From contig NC_090911.1 of NCBI RefSeq assembly GCF_040956055.1, forward strand, positions 1,588,830 through 1,652,829: a DNA stretch of 64,000 nt, written 5' to 3'. The notes below the pieces were generated by a model. That model saw only the letters and a list, made by a program, of their open reading frames with translations, was not told the DNA's origin and did no database searches. Positions 1 to 10,488 of this stretch are shown here, piece by piece; within the stretch, counting starts at the first letter, position 1; every line of letters starts with the position of its first letter. This DNA comes from Brachionichthys hirsutus. Lineage: Eukaryota. Made by a program: the position numbers and the translations under genes.

Positions 1-97
1 AAAAGACTAAAGAATAAAATCAGATTCAAAAATCTCGACATTAAAACTGTCTAATGATATTTAATAGCGCTCTCTGTTCTCCATCCATCCATAGAGA

Positions 98-236
98 ATG
101 AGTGCAGCGGCAGACCTTCAATCCCAGATCGATTTTCTTCAAGGACAACCACACAAGAAGCACCCAGGCGTGACCAAGCTGAAGAATCTGGGCCTTCCTG
201 ACAAGCTCCAGGCGGCTGCTCTGTCAGTTATTCAAG
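98..236 (+). CDS. mettl17: mettl17 exon 1 (ATG 98; GC donor AG|GCAAGT at 237)
   Basis: Encodes MSAAADLQ...[28 protein letters not shown](G), like human HRKHPGILKLPH. Only the GC-AG solution keeps the frame into exon 2. Confidence 0.6.
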
Positions 237-3200
237 GCAAGTTTCAGAAACGGTCCGGCCTAAAATGAGAATCCATCGGCTGCCTATTTGACTGTCACTG
301 ATGGGAAAGATTCGGTGAATTTTCTTATTCCACAAAACATTTGCGACGCTTCACAGCAACCGGGCCTGCAGCATTCTAGAAATGGAAATAGAGAGCCTCT
401 GTTGTCATTGCATGGTGGATATAAAACGAGATTAGGAACCAGACGAAGAAGTTTGAGACTTCCAGGGGAACCTCGGGGTAAGAACGGATGTTGAAGAAGC
501 TTCGGTGTTGAACGCCTCGCTGCACCGACTCCTGCTTGGCGTCATGAAACCCGGCAGCTGGGTTTTCTACATGGAGTTGTGTCACGGGTGTTGCTGGAGC
601 TAATCCCAGCTGACTAAGGGCGAGAGGCGGGATGAACGTGTCTCCATGCGCATCACGGCGCCACACAGGCAACCAATCACACGCTACGGATCATTTTGTA
701 ATGATTCATTGCCCTAAATGGCATGTTTTTTGTGGTGGGAGGAAACCGGAGAAAACCCACGCAGACACGGGGGGAACATCCAAACACCGCACGCAAAGGG
801 GTCGAACACGGAACCTTATTTAATGACAGCGCTATCCACTGCGCCACTGCTTTTATACCCTCATTATGGCTGCCAATTAAGTTCCAATTGCTACTTTTTG
901 TGTGGCTAAGAAGCCAAAGCGTATTAGGAGTCGTCTTCCTCCACCTGCGCCACGCAAAGGTACAATTATTGTGTTATTTTTATATTAGTGTATAACTGTA
1001 ATGCGCTTTTATATAATTAAGTTTATCTTTAATTCCTTTCTATATTTTTGCCACATATAATCCCATATAGAAAGTGTTTCTGGTGCTGGAGAAGGGGTTA
1101 TCTGGATTAACATGAATTCAAATGGGATAAATTGTTTCGGGTCACGAACGACGTCAGAGAACGGATTAAATCCGTGAACGGAGGTTCCACTGTACACCGA
1201 AAGCTAAAAAACGACAGAATATAAACGTGAATTGACTCCATATACCTCTTATTATTGCACAAGCAAATCTGCAGCGATCCGAAACTAATCAGAGAAAATG
1301 TTATTTACACCCTCTCTAAACTGAATTGTGCACTGTAGCTGTAAAACTGAACCTTTCAGCGCACAACTCCCCAGAATTAGGTGCACAAGCTCAAAGGTGC
1401 GATACAGGCCTGTGAAACGGGTGCAAATGTTTTTTGTGTCAATCATCTATTTCAGTCGTTTCGCCCTGCAGGATGGATCCTTCGTGTTTAGTAATGAATT
1501 AAACTTGTACGTTTTGTGGGAGAGAAACATTCCTTTTCTGGAACTGTTCCTTTAAACCAGTGCTTCTCAATTATTTTGTCGCGCCCCCCCTAGGAAGAAA
1601 AAAACATTTCGCGCCCCCCCCCCCCCCCCCCCGAAAAAAAAACCCCACTCTTCTATCCTTATTAACATACAAAGAAATATGAAAAAGAAAGAAATATAGA
1701 TCATCTTACAACAAAGAATAACTTTATTACAATTTTTTTTAGTCTGCAACAGAAAATGAGGAAGTCTGGTCTTTCTTCTTCTCCCACCGCAGATTGTTTA
1801 CGACCGCTGTTCTTCTGCTAATCCTCCCTGCGCGCACTCTGACAATCAGGGCGCCACTGCCAACTACTGGAGTGGATGTGCAATTACACTTTACTCTCGT
1901 AAGGCAAAAAAACATTTTCTCCGCGGTCACAGGCGCCCCCCCTGACATCGCAGGGGGGGCGCGCCCCACCATTTGAGAAGCACTGCTTTAAATGAAGTGG
2001 CTCTTGCTCACTGACGACTCTAACTTGATCCGACCTCTTCACTGCGGCCGCTTGCAGGAGCTCAGGTGGCCCGGCTGACTGAGCGCAGCCGTAAACTCAC
2101 AAACTTCCTGTGGAGCAGAAAACGAGCAGTCGAGGATTTCACTCTGAGGAAGAAAGCTGCGAGCCTGGAGAAGGAGCTTTGGGAGAAAGCGATGGAGACG
2201 CCAGATGGTGGGTGACGCCCGCGTGAGAAGCACTCGTGGTTGTATGAGGAGTGGACATGTTGCAGCAGCTTCAGGAAGCTAAATGCGCTTCCTTTTGCAG
2301 GCGCAGACGAGCAGCTGCTGGAGGAGCGGATCAGGAAGAAAGTGCTTTCAGAGCTCAGGCGCACCACGTACCGCTGGACCGCTATGAAGTAGGAGCCGCT
2401 TCTGTCTAATGAGATCTAAGGATGCAACCGGGACTTGATTTATAAAGAGATAAATGACTTTTCAGTAATTTGAATGGAGAAAGCACCAAAGGAAGAATTC
2501 AGAGTTTATGCTTTAACTGTTTGTTTTTCTTCCTTCTGCTTGATTTTGAGATGTAAGGTTAGTTTTAACACAGCTCATCTTCGGTCTCAGGTATGATGAA
2601 GAGTTGGGTGTGGTCTACATGGCGGCTCGCCTGGCTGGTGGCTATGCAGCAGTGAGGAGAGCTATGAATGAGGTAATGAGGTGGGAGCAATCTAAGACCA
2701 GGTCTGCTCTCCAAGAGACGTTGATTCAGATGACAAAGAAACAACATCGCTACCCCTGATGGGTTGGGGGGGGGGGGGGGGGGTCTTCTTTGTGCCACCT
2801 TCTGTCCTGTGTGAAAAGTGCATTTTCCTTATTTCATTTACGTCAGATAAAGAAGAGGGATCCCTCCTTCGCCCCTCAGTCTCTCCTGGACTTCGGATCG
2901 GGGCTGGGAACAGTCGTCTGGTTGGTGTAACACGCCGGTGCAGCTTAAGACGTGTATCGTGTGAGACTATAGTTGCCCGTCGTCTTCCACAGGGCGTCCC
3001 ACTCGTACTGGGGGGACTCTTTGAAGGAGATGGTGTGTGTGGACAGCTCCGGGCAGATGAACATCCTTGCAGAGCGACTCCTCAAAGGTTCGCTCACATT
3101 TCCTGCGGTCTTGATTTGGGGTGTTTCTTGTTTGTTTTTTTAACGCTTAAAGTGTGTTTGTTGTTTTTTGTTGTTGTCGCCGAGCAGGTGACGATGAACG

Positions 3201-6200
3201 AGCCGAACCTCCCATCAAGCACGTCTATTTCCGACAGTTCCTCCCCGTCTCTCCGAAGGTAAATACAGTAGTCCCTCGATATAATGCGGTTCATCTTCCG
3301 CGACTTCGCTGCTTTGCGGAGTTTTAATGCAATTTTTCAGATTTTATTTTTTGCACTTGAACGCGCCTTGAAACGGCGCAAGGACGAAGGGGCGCGGTCA
3401 GAGGAACTGTGAAATACGCGCGAGTCGCTATTAATAACTTCTCGTGTGTTCAACCTCGTAGGTTGATCATTAAAATTAAATTCGTTATTTCTAAAAGCTA
3501 TCATGTTTATTTGTTAAGCGTTTGTTTGATAGCGCTCTTATTCTCTGTGTAAAAAGAGGCTTTTATTTTGTAGGAGCATAAACGTCACGTCCCTTTTAGG
3601 TTTTGTTTCTTCCTGTTGATACATGTAGCCGCTGCCGTTCCGCTGTGCTAAGCTATCCAATAAAGCAGCATGAGAGGCTAAAGACAGCACGAGTAGAATA
3701 TTTGTTCTTCTGCACTCCAAGCGGCTCTTTCCTCGACCTGCACGCCTTAACATTATTAACAGGAAAACGTTTACTGTACGTACTATATATTTTTATTTCT
3801 CAAACAAATGTTTAGTTCTGAAAAAGTTTTGATCTTTGGTTTCATTCTATAATACTGAAACAATCTATTTAGATTAATGCCTGACTGTTAAAAGTGTATA
3901 AAGTGTGTGGTGAGGGGTTTTACAGCCTTAAAACATTTATGTACATGTATAATAATTGTAAAAAAATTAAAGATTACTACATTGCGGATTTCACTTATTG
4001 CGGGTTGTTTTTGGATCGTAACCCCCGTGGAAAATGAGGGACTACTGTACTCCACTTTAGTTCAGGAACATTAAAACACGTTCTGCGTTCGCTGGGAAGG
4101 TGCGTTTCATTTCCTCCACCAACAGGATCTAGAGGCTGTTTGTCAGCAGGATTACACAAAAATAACAAATAAATTCAGACATTCTGCCGCCGTTAGCATG
4201 TAGAATCAAGCGCCTCGCACACGTTTCCTCTTTGATCATGGTTCTCGTACGACTGGAGGATGAGCGCCGTGCCGTTTCCCCCGTAAGGTGCAGTTCGACT
4301 TGGTGGCGGCGGCCTTCACCCTGTCGGAGCTCCCCAGCACCAAGGAGAGGGAAGAGGCCGTGTTGACGCTGTGGCGAAAGACCGGCTCCTACCTGGTTGG
4401 TTGGAATGTTAATAAAGCTCTGCCGTTAGAGGGCGTGCACGTGACTCTGCTGTGAGTCGGGTTGTTCTTGTGTTGCGACTTTAGACTGCATGCCATTTAT
4501 TTTCTGTCTCGTATAATAATATCAGGTTGTGTTTTACACATTTGCTTTTATAGGTGCTTGTGGAAAATGGAACCAAAGAGGGACACCAAATACTTATGGA
4601 GGCCAGAGACACTTTATTATTGGTAATACGAGTAATTCAAAGGTTCTGCTTTATAGATTGTTTAACAGTTAATCGCAGCAGGTCTCCTCCTCCAGACACA
4701 AGAGAAAACCCTCCATGACAGCAGGCCGGCGTCGGTCTTTGCTCCAGTGAGTTTAAAGCCAAACTGGCTTCAGATTTTACCTGCTGGTTTTTTCCTCATC
4801 TCTGTTTTTTTATTTTATTTTCCAGTGTCCTCATGAACTGAAGTGTCCCAAACTGGCCGTGAAGCCCAGCTTTCCCTGCAACTTCCAGCAACTGTACCAA
4901 CCGCTGCGCCTGCCCGGGTTAAAGGTCAGCTTGTGGGCTGCACGTTGTTAGTAGGCAAACACCGGCGAGTTTGGCATGAAGGTTCAATCCCGACCTCAAG
5001 AAGTAGTTTAATCAAAAAAAAGGACAAGTCAAGTATCTTTTCTGAGGCTACAGAAACAAAATGCACTAGTGACAAAAGCCTAAGAAAAATGTGTGATGAG
5101 AAAAGCACTCGGAGAGCAGACCTCCGCCAAGCAGCTCATTCCACTCATAACTGGATCTACACCGTCCACACGGTGATCTGGATCAGCACCAGAAGGTTCT
5201 AGATTGTTCTTGTATCTTTATACACCAACATGAAAAGTCAAAGTGAATCAGAGTTGATGTGTTTTTTTAACTGATTCTTGAATCCATAAATGGATTTCAA
5301 TGTTAAAATTTAATTATTAAATTCTGGATTTAATAATTAAAGAAGACATTTTTTATGACCGTGATTTTTGGTCAGTGAATTGAATGCAGATTTTAAAACG
5401 TAATTTTTTTTAAAGCCTTCATTTATCATTTCATTCATTTATCCATTGATTGCAATGTTAATGAACGTTTCAACATGATCCAGAATCTCTTCTGGATCAC
5501 CAAAATTGAATCAACAGTTTCAAGTCAGAGTCCCAACCTTTCCTGAAAATGTGATCAAGATCTGTCCATAACGTTTTGCGTTATCTTGCGAACAGTCAGA
5601 CACCGGTGATTACGTAACCTCCTCGGTGGAGGCAAAACATTCAAGTAATTCTACTTAAAGAATTGATCAGATCGCATCATCTATTGATTGATTTTCAGCA
5701 CAAGGAGCAGCAGGTGGAGGAGTTCAGTTATTTGATTCTGACTCGGACAGAACCAGTACAGGCAGAAACGGCGGCCGTGGACTGGGCCCGGCTGATCGCG
5801 CCCGTGCAGCGGCGGTCCAGACATGTCCACTGTCGACTGTGCTGCCCGGACGGACACCTTCAGCACCTGGTGGTGACGGCACGCAAACACAGCAGGTAAA
5901 GGCCGTGTGGATTTCAGTCGGGTTCAGATCCCTTTCATGGATGGGAAGTATCGGGATCATGTTTCTTATGTGGGATTTGAGGCGATTGATAATGAGCTAA
6001 TACCTGGAATTCCTGATACGGATGTATCAATTCAGGTCGTTTGTTTCCAAAGTGTTCAATCACAAGCATCTCTGCAAAAGTGCTACGCTAAATCAAAGTC
6101 GCAGATAGGCAGTGTTTTCATTTAGAAATGGTTAAAGGGCAGCGTATTCAGAGCTCCGGACTTTAAGGCCGTTTTATTCTCCTCTGAATGAACGCCGACT

Positions 6201-6327
6201 CGTGAGAACCGAACTGAAGACGGTTTCGTGTCCTTCCAGAGACTTGTACCGCTGCGCTCACGGCAGCCACTGGGGAGATCAGCTGCCCGTGCTTCAGAAG
6301 GCCGATGACGGCAGCCAGACTGACTGA
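98..6327 (+). CDS. mettl17: mettl17 (Rsm22-family mitochondrial methyltransferase-like 17) gene, 13 coding exons
   Basis: Spliced translation: [28 protein letters not shown]...[84 protein letters not shown]...[17 protein letters not shown]...[10 protein letters not shown]...[46 protein letters not shown]. These segments match METTL17 in order. All exons are AG/GT bounded and phase-consistent. Confidence 0.85.
600..870 (-). mobile_element. SINE family copy (minus orientation), in mettl17 intron 1
   Basis: Shares GGTGGGAGGAAaCCGGAGaAaaCCcaCgcAgaCACGGGGgGAACATcCAAAC...ACGGAACC with the copies at 25020-25310 and 44290-44530. Confidence 0.6.
1558..1985. mobile_element. MITE with 13-bp perfect terminal inverted repeats (CAGTGCTTCTCAA ... 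TTGAGAAGCACTG), in mettl17 intron 1
   Basis: The TIRs are seen directly and extend to ~19 bp with one mismatch (TTAAAcCAGTG / CACTGcTTTAA). The interior has poly-C and poly-G tracts. Confidence 0.6.
2058..2207 (+). CDS. mettl17: mettl17 exon 2
   Basis: ttgcag acceptor; encodes (G)[49 protein letters not shown]; donor gtgggt. Confidence 0.7.
2301..2388 (+). CDS. mettl17: mettl17 exon 3
   Basis: ttttgcag acceptor; [29 protein letters not shown](K); donor gtagga. Confidence 0.75.
2591..2672 (+). CDS. mettl17: mettl17 exon 4
   Basis: tctcag acceptor; (K)[27 protein letters not shown]; donor gtaatg. Matches human [27 protein letters not shown]. Confidence 0.85.
2847..2920 (+). CDS. mettl17: mettl17 exon 5 (SAM-binding motif)
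   Basis: acgtcag acceptor; [24 protein letters not shown](W), versus human [25 protein letters not shown]. Confidence 0.85.
2993..3087 (+). CDS. mettl17: mettl17 exon 6
   Basis: ccacag acceptor; (W)[31 protein letters not shown](G). Confidence 0.8.
3188..3258 (+). CDS. mettl17: mettl17 exon 7
   Basis: gagcag acceptor; (G)[22 protein letters not shown]; donor gtaaat. Human has [15 protein letters not shown]. Confidence 0.85.
4288..4395 (+). CDS. mettl17: mettl17 exon 8
   Basis: [36 protein letters not shown]; donor gttggt. Human has VQFDVVVSAFSLSELPS...TLWRKTGHFL. Confidence 0.85.
4554..4622 (+). CDS. mettl17: mettl17 exon 9
   Basis: ttttatag acceptor; [23 protein letters not shown]; donor gtaata. 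Confidence 0.85.
4669..4746 (+). CDS. mettl17: mettl17 exon 10
   Basis: tttaacag acceptor; [26 protein letters not shown]; donor gtgagt. Human has DPRPGFVFAP. Confidence 0.7.
4826..4924 (+). CDS. mettl17: mettl17 exon 11
   Basis: ttttccag acceptor; [33 protein letters not shown]; donor gtcagc. Confidence 0.8.
5095..5300 (-). repeat. Repeat family A fragment (reverse complement) in mettl17 intron 11
   Basis: Reverse complement of the 15960-16080 segment: GAGCAGACCTCCGCCAAGCAGCTCATTCC.CTCATAACTGGATCTACACCGTCCACA.GGTGATCTGGATCA. Confidence 0.55.
5699..5895 (+). CDS. mettl17: mettl17 exon 12
   Basis: ttttcag acceptor; [65 protein letters not shown](R); donor gtaaag. Human has [26 protein letters not shown]. 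Confidence 0.9.
6240..6327 (+). CDS. mettl17: mettl17 last coding exon
   Basis: ttccag acceptor; (R)[28 protein letters not shown], versus human DLYRCARVSSWGDLLPV. Confidence 0.85.
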
Positions 6328-6750
6328 CGAAGATCAAACTGCTGGACTCGCCAGAATGTATCGAAGGCAGACTGACAACTTTCAATAAAGTCATAACCAA
6401 GTCTGATTTAACTGAACTCTGCTTTATTGTTCACCACGGGAAACCGAGAGCACGACTTTAAACAGGCATGTTGTGATCTGGACAGACATTTCCTCCTCCT
6501 TTAGTGCTTCCGGATCAAGTTCAGACAATCTGGACTCCCAATCCTGATCGTCTTCCACAGCTTGATTCTTCAATGTCTTGCGACATTTTGTTTACACCCT
6601 ATTACTAGGCCAACCGCTAAACAAATCACACACATGCGCGTGTGTATATATACACATCATGTTTATACATATACATATATCTGTTACAGGATTCACAAAC
6701 CCGTCTTGTGTGATATAAAATACAAATCCTAAACCATCCTCAAATCCAGA

Positions 6751-7037
6751 CATGGGCAAACCCAGGCCCGGGGGCCATACGCGGCCAGTTGGTCTTTTTA
6801 ATCCGGCCCGCCAAACTTGTCCAAATTATATCATTAAATAAATTGTATTATAATTAAACCTCATTCATTTGACCTTTTCCCTGTAATGCTACCTGTAAAA
6901 GGCCAAATCCCTAATGCAATAGCTTTCATGTGTCATTTATATTAGCTCACACAAATACTCCATCTGTTCTCGGTCCGGCCCCTCTGTCAAATTTTAGAAC
7001 CTATTGTGGCCCGCGAGTCAAAAAGTTTGCCCACCCC
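6751..7037. mobile_element. MITE family B copy 1 (GGGCAAAC ... GTTTGCCC termini)
   Basis: A second ~290-bp copy lies at 49797-50092 and is ~90% identical. Shared interior: GGCCCGGGGGCCATAcGCGGCC...AATCCGGCCCGCCA...ATTATAATTAAACCTCATTCATTTGACCTTTTCCCTGTAAT. Confidence 0.7.
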
Positions 7038-7132
7038 TGCTCTAATCTGAAGACTGAGATTTGTAGAATACCAGATTTCTGATTTCCTCCGAATGTTCGT
7101 CCGAGCCTTCGTATTTGTTCTTGCGGCTTCTG

Positions 7133-7560
7133 CTAACTTCCAACTATTTCGGCCAGTGCGGAGACCAAGTCGAGGTACTTGTACTCGAATCCAGCCTCTT
7201 GAGTCTTCTTCGGTAGGACCTTTTGACCCTGTGTGAGGACCAAGGCCCTCTCGGAGCCCAGCAGGGCATTTATGAGGAAGGCGGGTATGGGAATAACGGT
7301 GGGCCTCCCGAGCACCCGGCCCAGCGCCTTGGTGAACTCCCGGTTGGTGTTCAGAGCCGGCGCGACCCCGTTGAGCACTTGTGGTGAAGGAGACGGCGCG
7401 TCCTCGGGGTTCTCCAGAGCGTGGACAATAATTCCTGCCAGGTCGGTCACATGGATCCAGGGAAATGGCTGGCGTCCTGAGCCCAAGGTGCCCCCGAGGC
7501 CGAGCCAGAAGGGCAGGAGCACTTGCTTCATGGCGCCACCATCACGGCCCAATACTGCCC
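7133..7560 (-). CDS. sdr39u1: sdr39u1 last coding exon (DUF1731 C-terminal domain)
   Basis: ccaccag acceptor on the minus strand; (G)AVLGRDGGAMKQVLLPFWLGLGGTLGSGRQPFPWIHVTDLAGIIVHALENPE...KYLDLVSALAEIVGS*; stop codon at 7133-7135. Confidence 0.85.
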
Positions 7561-9450
7561 CTGGTGGAAGGAGGAGCGGCTGTTACCAGTCAAAGTTAAA
7601 GTAGAGTCTCCTATTTGTCTTCAGGTTTTTATTTTTGTGATTATTGGGAATTGAATTTATTTCATTCTAAGTATTTTAAAAATGCTCCTAAAGGAGCAGC
7701 GAGCGAACTCCAAACGATATATTCTTACTGTTATTTAAACTTCTATGTTGCTCATTTATGTCGACTGTGAAAGCGTTTTATTTGTTCTTTTACATGCGAT
7801 CAATCTGCAACGCTTCTGGCGGCTGAACGTAAAACAATCGGGGCTTCCTGCGGTAACTTGAAATCAAACGAGCTCTTTCCATACCGGGTCTGATGACAAC
7901 TTGTTTGGTCGCTTTGGCCGCATCCTCAGGAAGAAGTGCAGAAGCCTCCCATTCGCTCACAAGGTTGGACAGGAGGTCAAAGGGGGTCCACTCACTGTCT
8001 TCTGTATACTCAACCGTCAGACTGGGCTTGTAACAAGCTGAGAGCAAAAAAAACAAGAGACAATCAGAGATTGCAGACCCCGCCTCCAATAGACTATTGG
8101 ATCTTGTGAGACAGTAAACAGTGCTTCCGGATCAGAGGGGCCAGACCTGCGCTAGCTTGCTGCTCCGGAACGGGAAAAGATACAACTACAACTGTAAGAT
8201 ATATGAAACTAGAATGAACTATGAGTGCGCACACCAAATGTGAAGTCTCTAGCTCCAAAATTGAGGTCAGGATGGACTCCTGAAAAATGCAGATTTTAGA
8301 ACAAAAATTAGCTCTCAGACCCGGATTGTGATCTGGATCCATTCTCGGGGAGGACCGAGCCACAGACAGAACCTTGCTTGTGTAAAAATTTCAAGTCGAT
8401 TGGGTTACTAGTTTTTGAGTTATGCGCGCAGACAGACAAACAAACAAACAGACAGACAAACAGACCCAATTGCAATACCCTCGCCCCCCCTTCGGCGAGG
8501 GTATTAAAACAACAGGTTTAATGTGCCATCGGTCGATTTGTGGGATCTTACTTTCAACCTGTGGCGAATCAGAATGCTTTATCCTAAGATGTATTATTAG
8601 CCAAAGACTTACCAACACCTGACACCAAGACCCAGGAGCGAGGAGGGCTCGGAGCGGCCGCGATGGATCGGGCCAGGCTTTTAGTCGTGTCGACCCGACT
8701 GGAGAACAAGTCGTTCTTGTAGCTCTCATTCCACCTGAGAGCAGGTGAAGAGCGACTCGGTGAACTGGCTGCGTGAAAACAGCCACACGTCGTGGTGTAA
8801 GTTCACATTCACTGCTCACCATCGCAGTGGATTCAACAGGTTCTCTCCGGCCAGGTTGACGGCGCCCTCGCATGGCGGGAGTCCCCGAGACTCCAAGTCA
8901 ACCTGCGGACACACAAGGCGAAAAAAGAGCACGCGTTTATAAACGAACACACGCTCACAACGTAGCAAAAATGAATTCAGGCGATTCAACAGAGTGGATT
9001 CATCTGAAAATCATACCCACGTAATCCTGCCTGGGCCAGGCCGTCTGGAAATCACCGTGACCTCGTGACCTTTGTCTCTGAGCAGGCGAGTCAACTCACG
9101 GCCCACGAAGCCAGAGCCCCCCCCTAAAACAAAGCGCACACAGACGTGGATGACACAAATGACATTTGACCCAAGTGCAATAATCAATGTGGCGCATCGC
9201 GTATGTGAACACTCAGCTCAAATCACTTTATTTGTCCCCAACGGACACAAAAGTAGCTTAAACAACACGATCGATACACAAAATCAAAGGTCGTGAACTC
9301 AGTTTCAGTTTTGTGATTGTCTCGTTATTTTTATGAGAAAATTAGGTAACAGCTTGTGTGTAGGTTACGTGACGTCACGTTGGCATTTCCGTGCGACGCA
9401 TAAAAATATAATCGATAAAAAACATCAGACCTACCTACTAAAACTCTCAT
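7133..9450 (-). CDS. sdr39u1: sdr39u1 (epimerase-family short-chain dehydrogenase SDR39U1) gene, 6 coding exons
   Basis: Minus-strand spliced product: MRVL-GGGSGFVGRELTRLLRDKGHEVTVISRRPGPGRITW-VDLESRGLPPCEGAVNLAGENLLNPLR-WNESYKNDLFSSRVDTTKSLARSIAAAPSPPRSWVLVSGV-ACYKPSLTVEYTEDSEWTPFDLLSNLVSEWEASALLPEDAAKATKQVVIRPG-AVLGRDGGAMKQVLLPFWLGLGG...QPFPWIHVTDLAGIIVHALE...ALAEIVGS*. It is collinear with human SDR39U1. Confidence 0.85.
7885..8037 (-). CDS. sdr39u1: sdr39u1 exon 5
   Basis: ACYKPSLTVEYTEDSEWTPFDLLSNLVSEWEASALLPEDAAKATKQVVIRP(G); donor gtatgg. Human has AYYQPSLTAEYDEDSPGGDFDFFSNLVTKWEAAARLPG. Confidence 0.85.
8062..8508 (+). repeat. Interspersed ~445-bp element (family C) with (CAAACAGA)n tract and terminal hairpin, in an sdr39u1 intron
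   Basis: Copy 2 at 47046-47478 is collinear: CAATCAGAGATTGCAGACCCCGCCTCCAA..GACTATTGGATCTTGTGAGACAGTAAACAG..GCTTCCGGATCAGAGGGGCCA ... GGACCGAGCCAC.GACAGAACCTTGCTTGTGTAAAA...GTTACTAGTTTTTGAGTTATG..(CAAACAGA)n..CCCAAT.GCAATACCCTCGCC......GGCGAGGGT. Confidence 0.7.
8613..8734 (-). CDS. sdr39u1: sdr39u1 exon 4
   Basis: (W)NESYKNDLFSSRVDTTKSLARSIAAAPSPPRSWVLVSGV; donor gtaagt. Human has WNETFQKEVIGSRLETTQLLAKAITKAPQPPKAWVLVTGV. Confidence 0.85.
8820..8902 (-). CDS. sdr39u1: sdr39u1 exon 3
   Basis: tccgcag acceptor; VDLESRGLPPCEGAVNLAGENLLNPLR(W); donor gtgagc. Confidence 0.8.
9017..9124 (-). CDS. sdr39u1: sdr39u1 exon 2 (Rossmann GxGxxG)
   Basis: ttgttttag acceptor; GGGSGFVGRELTRLLRDKGHEVTVISRRPGPGRITW; donor gtatga. 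An in-frame upstream stop codon (TGA) forces an intron here. Confidence 0.8.
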
Positions 9451-10488
9451 CGTCACCAAACCCTCAACCTGCACGGTTGATAATCGCGTTTGGTCACCGA
9501 CACGGCTTCCGTTATCTTCTTCTTCGTTGGTTCGTTTGGCAAACAGTTTGTACGTCCGCCACCTTCTGAACTGGAGTGTAATTGTTTTTAGTCACATCAA
9601 TTGGTGCGGGTACAAGAACAATATGTGCATCAAAGACCTGTGAATAGAAATGAGTCGATTGAAAGGGCAGCGGCGCAGATTTTACACACTTTTAAAACAC
9701 GTTAGCTGCAAAGTGATTATTCTGCTTTAATCCCGTTTAACCTTCTGCTTTAATCCTTCATGTCATTCTGATTCACTTGCAATAAAAAAAAGTGCGTCAA
9801 ATATTATTTGGCAACGATTCCGAGAAACATAAACAATGTCTTTGTTTTAATGCTCATGTGACGTGCGACATTTTTAATGCCTCGTGATCACGTGATATCT
9901 ACGTGATGAGTCTCAGTCCGTTGATTTTTTATTTGGATTAGTATTATTTCCATATTACAGGCTATTCCAACTGTAATCTGAACGCGTCATGAACCAGAAG
10001 CTATAAACGGCACGTGACGGCAATGCTCAAGTTCTATTGGTCCATGGCACGCGTCTGAGGAGCCCGTAGAAAACGTCACCAGAGAGTCTTCCATCCAATC
10101 AGAAATGATCACCAAAATCTGTGGGGAAAGTATTTGGAGCTTTGTCTTTTTTTGTGGGACTTTAGTGCGACAGAGAGCATCAAAGGTCAGAACCGGTTGA
10201 TCGACTAGATTCTACCATATATATATTTATTTGTACTTTTCTACCGGATTGTTGTTTTTTTTATTCAGTTGAAAAAGCTTGAACTGAAAGCTGACGCATG
10301 TTTTAGAAATTATTAGAAAGAGTTTTTCACACACAAAAAAAAACAGTCCAACAAAAAAGGGACTGTTTGGCTTTGTTTATTTGTTTCATTTGTGTTTATT
10401 TGTATTTATTTTGTAAGAGTTGTGAGTGAACAACACAGGTTTATAACTTATTAGATAGTGGAGAGGAACAGAGGGAGGCATCACCATC
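9125..10488. promoter_or_regulatory. CpG-rich bidirectional promoter/5'UTR region between divergent sdr39u1 (-) and en2 (+)
   Basis: Head-to-head gene starts (sdr39u1 ATG ~9450, en2 ATG 10489). A perfect CRE palindrome TGACGTCA lies at 9370-9377. There are E-box/CACGTG motifs at ~9858, ~9890 and ~10010, and CCAAT-type motifs (attggtcc at ~10035, ccaatcag at ~10096). CpG density is high. Confidence 0.45.
9439..9450 (-). CDS. sdr39u1: sdr39u1 putative 4-codon first coding exon (ATG AGA GTT TTA | gtaggt)
   Basis: Minus strand reads atgagagttttaGTAGGT = MRVL plus donor. This reconstitutes MRVL-GGGSGFVG like human MRVLVGGGTGFIG. It is the only phase-compatible ATG found upstream of exon 2. Confidence 0.5.

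Noticed and set aside
2759-3262. 167-aa plus-strand ORF starting in a poly-G tract
   Set aside because: It reads through mettl17 exons 5-7 and their introns in mixed frames. The real gene is spliced.
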